From Bacteroidota bacterium (GTDB taxonomy: Bacteria > Bacteroidota > Bacteroidia > UKL13-3), in NCBI GenBank assembly GCA_027491355.1, contig JAIXWI010000041.1, positions 27,627-91,626 of the forward strand: a stretch of DNA of 64,000 nucleotides, given 5' to 3'. Below, one piece after another: positions 21,190 through 30,227 of the stretch (its first letter is position 1; the number at the start of each line of letters is the position of its first letter). Under the pieces are notes generated by a model that had not been told where the DNA came from, did not search any database, and saw only the letters and a list, made by a program, of their open reading frames with translations. The translations under genes were made by a program, and so were the position numbers.

Positions 21190-22667
21190 TATTTTCTTTG
21201 AATGCGCCAATTACTGATGGGCGTATCTTCTCTTTGAGCAGCTGCTGTTTTGGCTTGTTTGTTGTACAAGATCCCACTCATGTATGCTGTTGCATCGTTC
21301 AAATTTTCTGAATTGTTTTGAAGCAACTCAGGGTTAAAATAGGTGTCAATGAATTTGGTATCAAAATGCCCTTCAATAAATGCCGGATGGTTCATTGCAA
21401 AAAGACCAAATGGTAAAGTAGTTTCAATACCAGTAATTTGGTAATCAACAATGGCCCTTTTCATTCTGTCAATTGCTTCGGTTCGGGTTTTTCCAAAACA
21501 AACCAATTTGGCAATCATAGGGTCGTACTGTATAGGAATTTCCATACCCGCTTCAAATGAGTCATCCACCCGAACACCATATCCTTGTGGAGTCTTGTAG
21601 GAGGCTAATTTGCCAATATCTGGCAAGAAATTGTTCATTGGGTCTTCCGCACAAACCCTCAATTCTATTGCATGGCCATGAATTTTTAAGTCAGTTTGTG
21701 CATAACCTAATGCTTCACCACGTGCAATTCTTATTTGTTCCTTAACCAAGTCAAGTCCAACAATTTGTTCTGTAACAGGGTGTTCAACCTGCAAGCGAGT
21801 ATTCATTTCTAAAAAATAAAAATTCAGATGCTCATCTGCTAAAAACTCAACCGTACCTGCACCATAATAGTTGCATGCTTTGGCAACATTTACCGCAGCT
21901 TCTCCCATTTTATTTCTGATTTCAGGAGTCAAACAACTGGATGGCGCCTCTTCAATTAATTTTTGGTGTCTTCTTTGAATGCTACATTCCCTTTCAAACA
22001 AATACACAATATTTCCGTGCTGGTCGCCCAATATTTGAATTTCAATGTGTTTGGGAGAACCTACATATTTTTCAATAAATACACTGTCGTCTCCAAAAGC
22101 GCTCAAGGCCTCTGATTGTGCCATTTGTATCGCAGATTCAAAACCATCAGCATTTTCAACAACACGCATGCCTTTTCCTCCGCCTCCAGCCGATGCTTTT
22201 ATCAATACTGGGTAACCAATTTCATCGGCAATTTTTTTACCCAAAGCAATGTCATTCAGTGCTTCTTTAGTTCCAGGTACCAAAGGCACATCAAAACCAG
22301 CTACGGTTTGTTTGGCACTGATTTTATCGCCCATTTTCTCCATAGACTCAGGTGAAGGGCCAATAAAAATTAAACCTGCAGCAGCAACTTTTCTTGCAAA
22401 ATCTGCATTTTCACTTAAGAATCCGTAGCCAGGATGAATGGCATCTGCACCTGTTTGTTTGGCTACTTCAATGATTTTATCACCCAATAAATAACTTTGG
22501 TTACTTGGAGGTGGGCCAATACAAATTGCTTCGTCAGCATACCTTACGTGAAGGGCTTTTCTGTCTGCTTCACTGAAAACTGCAACGGTTTTTATACCCA
22601 TTTCTTTAGCTGTTCTCATGACACGCAGTGCAATTTCTCCTCTATTGGCTACTAGTATTTTTTTCAT
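21189..22667 (-). CDS. accC: Biotin carboxylase (acetyl-CoA carboxylase family) with a C-terminal extension
   Basis: MKKILVANRGEIALRV..., GGGGKGMR ATP-grasp loop, EMNTRLQVEHPVTE. Confidence 0.9.
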   Translation of the reverse strand: MKKILVANRGEIALRVMRTAKEMGIKTVAVFSEADRKALHVRYADEAICIGPPPSNQSYLLGDKIIEVAKQTGADAIHPGYGFLSENADFARKVAAAGLIFIGPSPESMEKMGDKISAKQTVAGFDVPLVPGTKEALNDIALGKKIADEIGYPVLIKASAGGGGKGMRVVENADGFESAIQMAQSEALSAFGDDSVFIEKYVGSPKHIEIQILGDQHGNIVYLFERECSIQRRHQKLIEEAPSSCLTPEIRNKMGEAAVNVAKACNYYGAGTVEFLADEHLNFYFLEMNTRLQVEHPVTEQIVGLDLVKEQIRIARGEALGYAQTDLKIHGHAIELRVCAEDPMNNFLPDIGKLASYKTPQGYGVRVDDSFEAGMEIPIQYDPMIAKLVCFGKTRTEAIDRMKRAIVDYQITGIETTLPFGLFAMNHPAFIEGHFDTKFIDTYFNPELLQNNSENLNDATAYMSGILYNKQAKTAAAQREDTPISNWRIQRK

Positions 22668-22776
22668 TTTACAATCCTACAATTTAAGTATAAATTGAGA
22701 CAAAAATACATTTTCCGAAAGATGTTTGTATGCAATTTTGTCCAAGTCTATGGTTTTGGTTATTTTTACCTCCAGC

Positions 22777-23433
22777 ATGTCAACACATCAAATCAAACAA
22801 TTTATTAGAAAAGAGCTTGTTACCGAATGGAGACAACGCTACGCTATCAATGGAATTGTATTACATGTTTTAGCTTCTGTTTTGATAGTGTATTTAGCTG
22901 CTAAAATATTGAACAATCCCGCTTGGAATGCAATATATTGGCTGATAATGGTATTTGTATCAATTCAATCCATCTCTAAAAGCTTTATTGCTGAGTCTAA
23001 AGGAAAAAACTTGTATTACCACCAGCTTATTTTACCTCAGAATTTACTCTTTGCTAAATTTTGTTACCATGCATTTTTAAATAGTCTAATTGCTGGCGTT
23101 TGTTTATTTTTCTATGCTATCCTAATGGGGAATCCAATTACTTTCATGTCATATTATTTAATGGCTACTTTATTGGGTTGTGTGGGTTTCGCAGCTACAT
23201 TTACACTTTTATCAGCTATAGCTTCTAAAGCAGGAAATAGCAATATGTTGATGCCGGTATTGAGTTTACCCGTCATTATTCCATTGTTATTGATTTTAAT
23301 CAAGGCTTGCAAAAGAGCCATGGATGGAACTGACCCTGCTCAAATTGGTAAAGACTTATTGGTATTGCTTGTATTTAACGGATTACTCATTGGTTTGGCT
23401 CACCTGCTTTTCCCCTCACTTTGGAAAGAATAA
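22777..23433 (+). CDS. CcmB-like heme exporter / ABC-2 type permease
   Basis: Six-TM protein. The N-terminus IKQFIRKELVTEWRQRYAINGIVLHV resembles Bacteroidota CcmB annotations. Start is uncertain (ATG at 22750 or 22777; the ORF opens at TTG 22726). Confidence 0.55.
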   Translation: MSTHQIKQFIRKELVTEWRQRYAINGIVLHVLASVLIVYLAAKILNNPAWNAIYWLIMVFVSIQSISKSFIAESKGKNLYYHQLILPQNLLFAKFCYHAFLNSLIAGVCLFFYAILMGNPITFMSYYLMATLLGCVGFAATFTLLSAIASKAGNSNMLMPVLSLPVIIPLLLILIKACKRAMDGTDPAQIGKDLLVLLVFNGLLIGLAHLLFPSLWKE

Positions 23434-23434
23434 C

Positions 23435-24694
23435 ATGATTAAAAAAATAAAAATCATTATCACCCTGCTGAACATTACCTTGTTTAAAATTGGTATTGCA
23501 GCCGTTTCAAATGAGATTTTTGATGCCAGGGTCAAATCTATTCAATTGTTCAAAAACAATACAGATGATCGCTATCCAATTATTTCAATTGATGGTGAGC
23601 AATTAAAATTGAGCTTTGATGTCATGGGTACACAAACAGAAAATTTGCAGTATTCTTTGACACTCTGTGATGCGATGTGGAATCCAAGCTCGTTCAATCA
23701 GTTCGAATACATAAGTGGAATGCAGTTTGATAACATATCAGATTTTAAATTTTCTACCAATACCTATAGCAAATACGTTCATTACAACGTGGTTTTTCCA
23801 AACGAAAACATGAAGCCAATTTGGGCAGGCAACTATATTTTGAAGGTATTCAGAAATTTTGATGAGTCTGATATTTTGTTCCAAAGAAGGTGTATGCTCA
23901 TTAAACGCAACAGCACAATAGATGCATCTGCCAAAATAGCTTCTTTACCTCAATACAGATATACCAAGCAAGAGCTATTGTTTTCTGTTAATTATAACCC
24001 TAGTCAGGTAGTCAACCCTTTGGAAGATGTGAAAGTTGTCATTTTACAAAATTACCGATGGGACAATGCAATTACTGGTCTCAAACCTATGTTCTCGAGT
24101 AATCAAAAATTGGAGTATACTTATCCAGATAACAGCCTATTTGATGGTAGAAATGAGTTTCGGTTTTTTGATATTAGAAACCTTAAGCAATTCAGTATCA
24201 ATGTAAGAAGCAAGCGTTTGGATACAGCTTGGCATGTCATTTTAAACATAGATGAAAGTAGGGCGTCAAATCAATATTTTCAATATTTAGATTTCAATGG
24301 TCGACAAATTTTACAAAACAAAGAGGGTTTTAATTCTGAAATAGATGGGGATTATGCCTATGTAAATTTTTACCTCAATGCTTGGACTTCATCAGGTGAA
24401 GGACAAGAGGTATATGTGATAGGGGAGTTTACCGATTGGAAATGTTTGCCTGAATATAAAATGTATTTCAATAGAAATAGGTTACGGTATGACCTTGAGG
24501 TTCCACTCAAACAAGGACGCTATGAATATGCCTATGCCATCAAGAACAATTCAGGTAATCCTGATGATGTGGCTATAGAAGGCAACCATTCTCAAACAGA
24601 AAATGAGTACCTCATTTTGGTTTATGCCCGCAATCTTCAGTACAATTATGACGAGTTAATAGGTGTCAAAAGGTTTCAGTCAAACAGTAACTAG
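23435..24694 (+). CDS. DUF5103-like protein (T9SS plug-protein family candidate)
   Basis: Start at the ATG 23435 (MIKKIKIIITLL signal). The longer ORF from 23324 overlaps the previous gene. The family call is from memory of the N-terminal VKSIQLF...PIISI pattern. Confidence 0.5.
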   Translation: MIKKIKIIITLLNITLFKIGIAAVSNEIFDARVKSIQLFKNNTDDRYPIISIDGEQLKLSFDVMGTQTENLQYSLTLCDAMWNPSSFNQFEYISGMQFDNISDFKFSTNTYSKYVHYNVVFPNENMKPIWAGNYILKVFRNFDESDILFQRRCMLIKRNSTIDASAKIASLPQYRYTKQELLFSVNYNPSQVVNPLEDVKVVILQNYRWDNAITGLKPMFSSNQKLEYTYPDNSLFDGRNEFRFFDIRNLKQFSINVRSKRLDTAWHVILNIDESRASNQYFQYLDFNGRQILQNKEGFNSEIDGDYAYVNFYLNAWTSSGEGQEVYVIGEFTDWKCLPEYKMYFNRNRLRYDLEVPLKQGRYEYAYAIKNNSGNPDDVAIEGNHSQTENEYLILVYARNLQYNYDELIGVKRFQSNSN

Positions 24695-24743
24695 AAGCTA
24701 TATTTCAGTCAAATATAAACACTCAATTTTGGCTGAAATATGT

Positions 24744-24751
24744 TATTTTTG
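24744..24751 (+). promoter_or_regulatory. Candidate Bacteroidota -7 promoter box for gatB
   Basis: TATTTTTG matches TAnnTTTG exactly, 19 nt before the ATG at 24770. The same TATTTTTGTAG string occurs upstream of sufB. Confidence 0.4.
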
Positions 24752-24769
24752 TAGTGCTAAAGAAAAGTC

Positions 24770-26239
24770 ATGACCGAGATAGACATCGATTTTGAAAAAT
24801 ATGAACCCGTTATTGGATTGGAAGTACATGCTCAAATGCTCACCAAAAGTAAAGCTTATTGTTCCGATCCATACGATTACGGAGCAGAACCCAATACACA
24901 GGTAAGTCCAATAAGTTTAGGGCATCCTGGTACATTACCTAAGCACAACAAGCAGGTGGTTAACAATGCCATTAAAATGGGTTTGGCTTGCCATTGCAAC
25001 ATTGCTACTTTCCAGTATTATGCCCGAAAAAATTATTTTTATGCAGATTTACCAAAGGGTTATCAAATTACACAAGACAAAACCCCTATTTGCACAGGCG
25101 GCTACATCACCATTAAACTAAAAGATCAAGCTCCAAAAAATATTACTTTAACCAGGATCCATATGGAAGAGGATGCAGGTAAAAGCATGCATGACCAAGA
25201 TCTTTATGATTCGCTGATTGATTTAAACAGGGCTGGAGTTCCCTTAATAGAAATTGTAACTGAACCTGAAATTGCAAATGGTGAAGAGGCTTATGCATAT
25301 TTGAGTGAGGTCAGAAAATTGGTACGATACTTAGAAATATGTGATGGCAATATGGAAGAGGGGAGTTTGCGATGTGATGCCAATATTTCGGTCCGTTTAA
25401 AAGGCACTAAACTTTTTGGAACTAAAGTTGAGGTTAAAAACATGAACTCAATGCGCAATGTTCAAAAAGCCATTGATTTTGAAATTAAAAGGCAAATTAC
25501 ATGCATAGAGAACGGTGAAAGAATTGCACAAGAAACCCGTTCGTTTGATGCTTTGAAAGGAATTACCATTAGCATGCGTAGTAAAGAAGGTGCCAGTGAT
25601 TACAGGTATTTCCCTGAGCCAGATTTGCCGCCTTTACATGTCAGTTCAGCCTATATAGAAAGTGTCAGGGCTTTGATGCCTGAATTACCTAAAGCATTGT
25701 TTGACAAATACACACAACAACTTGGATTGAATGAATACGATGCCAATGTGTTGACTGAAAACAAAGACATTGCCGCTTATTTTGAAGCCATATTAACGCA
25801 TACCAATAATATCAAAGCTGCTGCTAACTGGGTAATGGTAGGCATTAAGGGTTATTTAAATGAACAAGCATTAGAAATCAAAGATTTTTCAGTTCAGGCC
25901 AACAGAATTGCCGATTTAATTAACCTCATTGATGAAGGTAAAATCAGTCACAGTGTTGCCTCACAGAAGGTATTCCCTGTAATGATCAATGAACACCATT
26001 TGAGTCCATTTCAAATTGCTGAGAAATTAAACCTTTTACAAGAAAGCAATACAGACGAGTTGCAAACTTGGATTAACTTATCAATAGAAAAATTTCCTAA
26101 CAAAGTTGCTGAATACAAAGCTGGAAAAGAAAGTTTATTGGGTTTGTTTATGGGCGAAGTCATGAAACAGAGCAAGGGCAAAGCTGATCCTAAATTAACC
26201 AGTCAATTGTTAAAAAACACCCTAGATAACCATGCATAA
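24770..26239 (+). CDS. gatB: Asp-tRNA(Asn)/Glu-tRNA(Gln) amidotransferase subunit B
   Basis: YEPVIGLEVHAQM, RIHMEEDAGKS, RCDANISVR, YRYFPEPDLPP. Confidence 0.95.
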   Translation: MTEIDIDFEKYEPVIGLEVHAQMLTKSKAYCSDPYDYGAEPNTQVSPISLGHPGTLPKHNKQVVNNAIKMGLACHCNIATFQYYARKNYFYADLPKGYQITQDKTPICTGGYITIKLKDQAPKNITLTRIHMEEDAGKSMHDQDLYDSLIDLNRAGVPLIEIVTEPEIANGEEAYAYLSEVRKLVRYLEICDGNMEEGSLRCDANISVRLKGTKLFGTKVEVKNMNSMRNVQKAIDFEIKRQITCIENGERIAQETRSFDALKGITISMRSKEGASDYRYFPEPDLPPLHVSSAYIESVRALMPELPKALFDKYTQQLGLNEYDANVLTENKDIAAYFEAILTHTNNIKAAANWVMVGIKGYLNEQALEIKDFSVQANRIADLINLIDEGKISHSVASQKVFPVMINEHHLSPFQIAEKLNLLQESNTDELQTWINLSIEKFPNKVAEYKAGKESLLGLFMGEVMKQSKGKADPKLTSQLLKNTLDNHA

Positions 26240-27359
26240 ATTTAAATACCTGTTTCTTTTTTTAGGACTGAATTTGTTTTTATTGGCTTGTACTGAAACT
26301 GACCAAAATGAAGTAAAAGCTGGTTTTTTGTTAAAAGGTAAATTACCTGTATCCTATAAAAATTCAGTTTTGAGCATACAAGAACTCACCACAGGAGGTC
26401 TTATCAATATTGACACCGCATTGGTTGCTCAAGACGGAAGTTTCCAGTTTGATGGAATCATTAAAGAGAAAGTTTTTTGTATTGTAAGACTTAAAAATGG
26501 AGACGTTTTGATGGTATTGGATACCAATAGTCGCTTGGATTTAGAGATAGCTCCTGATTCTACTTTAAAATACAGTTTAAAAGGTTCCAGAGAAAATGAT
26601 GAACTCAAGGAGCTCTACCAAATGAATGGTCAATTTATGCAAGCTGTTCAACAGTTAGAGACCAAGTATGCGCAATTGGGAGAAGGGGTTCCCCCATTGG
26701 CAATTCAAGAACAAATTCGATTTGAATACGATAGCCTCAGAAGAAACCATGTTGCTGGAATGAGAAGTTATATCAGCGGCTTACAGCATTCAATTGTACC
26801 TTATTTTGCAACCAATTTCTTGATACCAGAAGATGACTTTGAATTTTTGTATCAAGTAGATCAGCAACTTTACAAAGAATTTTCTAACAGTAAATACGCC
26901 ATACAATTGCACCAAAAAGTTGAAGATTTAAAGCGAACCGCTTTAGGTGCTATTGCTCCTGATATTGTATTAAATGACCCATTTGGTAAAAACATTTCCT
27001 TATCTGCTTTGAGAGGAAAAGTGGTATTGGTAGATTTTTGGGCTAGTTGGTGTAAACCTTGTAGAGACGAAAATCCAAATGTTGTAAAATTGTATAACAA
27101 ATACAAATCTAAAGGTTTTGATGTGTTGGGTGTGAGTTTAGATGACAATAGGAGTGCATGGATTGATGCCATTAACCAAGATAAATTGTTATGGAACCAT
27201 GGTTCAGATTTATTGAAATGGAACAGTTCTGTTGTAAAACAATACAGCATTGATGGCATTCCATTTACAGTTTTGGTTGATAAAGATGGTAAAATCATTG
27301 GAAAATCTTTGAGAGGTAAGCAGTTGGAACTTAAATTGCAAGAATTATTTGGATTTTAA
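26232..27359 (+). CDS. TlpA-family thiol-disulfide oxidoreductase lipoprotein (N-terminal DUF4369-like domain plus thioredoxin domain)
   Basis: Lipobox LLAC. FWASWCKPCRDENP (CxxC active site). Confidence 0.9.
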   Translation: MHKFKYLFLFLGLNLFLLACTETDQNEVKAGFLLKGKLPVSYKNSVLSIQELTTGGLINIDTALVAQDGSFQFDGIIKEKVFCIVRLKNGDVLMVLDTNSRLDLEIAPDSTLKYSLKGSRENDELKELYQMNGQFMQAVQQLETKYAQLGEGVPPLAIQEQIRFEYDSLRRNHVAGMRSYISGLQHSIVPYFATNFLIPEDDFEFLYQVDQQLYKEFSNSKYAIQLHQKVEDLKRTALGAIAPDIVLNDPFGKNISLSALRGKVVLVDFWASWCKPCRDENPNVVKLYNKYKSKGFDVLGVSLDDNRSAWIDAINQDKLLWNHGSDLLKWNSSVVKQYSIDGIPFTVLVDKDGKIIGKSLRGKQLELKLQELFGF

Positions 27360-27434
27360 TTGGTTAACATTAATTTAACCCTGTCCTAACGGTAGAAAAA
27401 TCTAGCAAGTCCAATTTTACAAAAAAAAGTACAC

Positions 27435-28115
27435 ATGGAAATAGCACGTAAAATTTTGGTTGTTGATGATGAATCAGATATTCTAGATTTTATTACATAT
27501 AACCTTAAAAAGGAGGGTTATTTGGTTGCCACAGCATTTAATGGTGCTCAAGCAATTGAAGTTTCTAAAACATTCAAGCCAGACCTAATTTTATTGGACG
27601 TGATGATGCCCGTGATGGACGGAATTGAAACATGCGCTCATATTAAGAGTCTGCCTGAATTTGCTAAAACATTCATTGTCTTTTTAACGGCAAGGTCTGA
27701 GGAGTATTCTGAAATAGCGGGTTTTCAAGCAGGCGCCGATGACTATATTGCCAAACCAATTAAGCCAAAAGTGCTAATAACCAGATTGAATGCCATATTA
27801 AGAAGAAAAGACAAAGAAGAAACTGCATCTACCAAATTAGTTGTTGGAGACATAACAATTGATCGTGATTCATTTTTAGTTTACAGAGGGTCAGATAAAA
27901 TTCAACTTGCAAGAAAAGAGTTTGAATTGTTGTTTCTTTTGGCTTCTAAACCTGGTAAAGTTTTCACACGCGATTTTATTTTAGAGAAAGTTTGGGGAGA
28001 TGAAGTATTGGTTGTAGATAGAACCATTGATGTTCACATTCGTAAAATCAGAGAAAAATTAGGTGACGATTACATTGGCACTGTGAAAGGTGTAGGCTAT
28101 AAATTTGAGATATGA
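27435..28115 (+). CDS. OmpR/PhoB-family response regulator
   Basis: ILVVDDE...LDVMMP receiver domain. C-terminal winged helix ...VDVHIRKIREKL...GVGYKF. Confidence 0.9.
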   Translation: MEIARKILVVDDESDILDFITYNLKKEGYLVATAFNGAQAIEVSKTFKPDLILLDVMMPVMDGIETCAHIKSLPEFAKTFIVFLTARSEEYSEIAGFQAGADDYIAKPIKPKVLITRLNAILRRKDKEETASTKLVVGDITIDRDSFLVYRGSDKIQLARKEFELLFLLASKPGKVFTRDFILEKVWGDEVLVVDRTIDVHIRKIREKLGDDYIGTVKGVGYKFEI

Positions 28116-29161
28116 CAAGAAACCCAAAACCGTTAAACATAGCCACGCTTATTTCTGCTATATTAGCAATATGTGTAGGCAGTGTGAGTTTTGTGTTAAC
28201 TGAAAATGTATGGATCAATACGGCTATTGTTATTACCTTAACATTTGGGCTTTCATTTTTCCTCTATTTTTATTCGCTAGAATATTTCATTTATCGAAAA
28301 ATAAAATTAATCTACAAAACCATTCACAGTTTAAAAACTCAACGTTACGATGCTGTTTTGAAAAACTTTGATTGGGATAAAGATCCAATTGTTGAAATGA
28401 ATAAAGAAGTAATTAATTGGGCAAGAGACAACCGAATGGAAATTGATCAGTTGAAAAGGCTTGCTGATTTTAGGAAGGAGTTCTTAGGTAATGTTTCTCA
28501 TGAGTTAAAAACACCAATATTCAATATACAGGGTTATTTGCACACGCTCTTAGATGGTGCAATGTCTGATCCTGAAGTAAACGTTCGTTTTTTACAAAGA
28601 GCAGCAAAAAGTGCCGCACGTTTGAGTGATTTAGTTGCTGATTTATTAGCAATTAGTCAGTTAGAGAGTGGAGAGTTGGTAATGGAAATTGAACGATTTG
28701 ATATCAATTCATTGGTAAAAGATGTTTATGAACAATTAGAGGAAAAAGCAAAACGCAAACACATTGTGTTGTTGATAAAGGATGGTTGTAACAAGCCCTT
28801 TTACGTAGAAGCAGACAAATACAGAATCAGGCAGGTTTTGGTAAATTTAGTAACCAATGCCATAAAATATGGCGTAGAAAGTGGTACCATTACTGCAGCT
28901 TACTATGACATGGATGAAAACCTGTTGATTGAAATTGCTGATAACGGTGAAGGAATAGCACAAGAACATTTACCGCGCATTTTTGAACGTTTTTACAGGG
29001 TAGAGAAAAGCCGTGCAAGAGACAATGAAAACGGTGGTACAGGTCTTGGTTTAGCAATTGTAAAGCACATCATTGAAGCACATAACCAAGCTGTAAATGT
29101 AAGAAGCACGGAAGGAGCTGGAACCACATTTGGGTTTACATTGACTAAGTCTGACGTCTAG
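28112..29161 (+). CDS. PhoR-like sensor histidine kinase (two TM helices with a very short external loop)
   Basis: H-box SHELKTPI, N-box NAIKY, DNGEGI, GGTGLGLAIVKHI. ATGA overlap with the regulator gene. Confidence 0.9.
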   Translation: MTRNPKPLNIATLISAILAICVGSVSFVLTENVWINTAIVITLTFGLSFFLYFYSLEYFIYRKIKLIYKTIHSLKTQRYDAVLKNFDWDKDPIVEMNKEVINWARDNRMEIDQLKRLADFRKEFLGNVSHELKTPIFNIQGYLHTLLDGAMSDPEVNVRFLQRAAKSAARLSDLVADLLAISQLESGELVMEIERFDINSLVKDVYEQLEEKAKRKHIVLLIKDGCNKPFYVEADKYRIRQVLVNLVTNAIKYGVESGTITAAYYDMDENLLIEIADNGEGIAQEHLPRIFERFYRVEKSRARDNENGGTGLGLAIVKHIIEAHNQAVNVRSTEGAGTTFGFTLTKSDV

Positions 29162-29265
29162 ATCTCAATACCTATTTACGTATTTTATTTTGCAAGCGCT
29201 TTTATATTTTAAATGAAGATTCACATAAGACGACATTAAATCTCATCCCTAAGAAAATAAAGTTT

Positions 29266-29458
29266 GGATGTTCCGACCATTGTCAATCGGCGCACAAAAT
29301 CACCAGTGCTTGTTGTGGGAAGGCCTTTAGCAAGCGAATCCCGACAGCAATTAACAAGAAACAACAATTGGAAACCAATATTGACTTGCTGCGTTATGCG
29401 CGTGGAGAACAAGGACGCAGATAGATTTTAAGCCGATTGGGTGAGGTCTTGATTTTTT
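29266..29458 (+). ncRNA. Candidate structured small RNA, copy 1 (unassigned family)
   Basis: Nested helices: GACC 29275-78 / GGTC 29445-48; CAATCGGC 29284-91 / GCCGATTG 29432-39; GCTTGTTG 29308-15 / TAGCAAGC 29328-35; CAGCAA 29345-50 / TTGCTG 29386-91; GCGTT 29391-95 / GACGC 29414-18. Ends in TTGATTTTTT. Confidence 0.55.
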
Positions 29459-29586
29459 GCTTCCTTTTTTATCAAGAAAAAAGGTACGAAAACATGACTT
29501 TTAACTGATTCCCGTTCAAAAGCAGCAAACTCTTTTTCTGAATTTTATCAAGAAAAAAGGGACAATCAAATTCAAAACTCTCTAAC

Positions 29587-29609
29587 GACCATTCACGCAA
29601 GACCATTCA
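29587..29609 (+). promoter_or_regulatory. Paired direct-repeat boxes GACCATTCA-N5-GACCATTCA upstream of RNA copy 2
   Basis: Boxes at 29587-95 and 29601-09 (14 bp start to start). The second box starts 37 nt before the GGA at 29638. Confidence 0.4.
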
Positions 29610-29637
29610 AAATCTCATCCAAAAACCAATATCAATC

Positions 29638-29826
29638 GGATGTTCCGACCATTGTCAATCGGCGCACAAAATCACCAGTACTTGTTGTGGGTAAGCCTAC
29701 AGCAAGCGAATGCCAAAGCAAGTAACAGAAATACGTATTCAAAGCAATATGGATTGCTGCGTCAGACGCGAGGAGAACAAGGACGCAGATAGATTTTAAG
29801 CCGATTGGGTGAGGTCTTGATTTTTT
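29638..29826 (+). ncRNA. Candidate structured small RNA, copy 2
   Basis: Same helices as copy 1, with a different 32-nt segment (29722-29753) inside the AGCAA/TTGCT stem. Ends in TTGATTTTTT. Confidence 0.55.
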
Positions 29827-29957
29827 GCTTCCTTTTTTATCAAGTAAAAAGGTACGAAAAATTGACTTTTAACCAATGACCGTTCAAAAGCAGCAAACTC
29901 TTTTTTTTAAATTATTATCAAAAAAAAAGAAGCAACAAATAGAAAAAACTATCAATC

Positions 29958-30009
29958 GACCATTCACGCACAAATAACTCGCACACGACCATTCACGCAA
30001 GACTATTCA
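29958..30009 (+). promoter_or_regulatory. Three box copies (GACCATTCA, GACCATTCA, GACTATTCA) upstream of RNA copy 3
   Basis: Boxes at 29958-66, 29987-95 and 30001-09. The extra box accounts for the 400-bp period. The last box starts 37 nt before the GGA at 30038. Confidence 0.4.
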
Positions 30010-30037
30010 AAATCTCATCAAAAAGAAAATACCAATT

Positions 30038-30227
30038 GGATGTTCCGACCATTGTCAATCGGCGCACAAAATCACCAGTGCTTGTTGTGGGAAGGCCTGC
30101 AGCAAGCGAATGCCAAAGCAACAAACCATAGTTCCATATTAAATAGAAATTTAGATTGCTGCGTCAGACGCGTGGAGAACAAGGACGCAGATAGATTTTA
30201 AGCCGATTGGCGAAGGTCTTGATTTTT
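30038..30227 (+). ncRNA. Candidate structured small RNA, copy 3
   Basis: Same helices, with a different 34-nt segment (30122-30155). Internal-loop change GGTGA to GCGAA. Ends in TTGATTTTT. Confidence 0.55.

Noticed and set aside
23324-23434. N-terminal 37-aa extension of the DUF5103-like ORF overlapping the ccmB-like gene by 110 nt
   Set aside because: The internal ATG at 23435 sits 2 nt after the upstream stop and immediately precedes a signal-peptide-like segment. The extension is probably not translated.
28112-28115. Start/stop overlaps (ATGA at 28112 and 37642; TAATG at 15267 and 21187; 4-nt overlap at 38677)
   Set aside because: This is ordinary translational coupling in operons and is not noteworthy on its own.
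29266-30227. Match of the core to a known riboswitch or housekeeping RNA (c-di-GMP-I, ykkC, fluoride, SRP, 6S, tmRNA)
   Set aside because: There are superficial strings only, such as GCGCACA...GGACGCAGA and GGATGTTCCG. The spacing and the remaining conserved nucleotides of those families are absent. Three gene-like units, each with its own U-tract, argue against a cis leader. This still needs cmscan.
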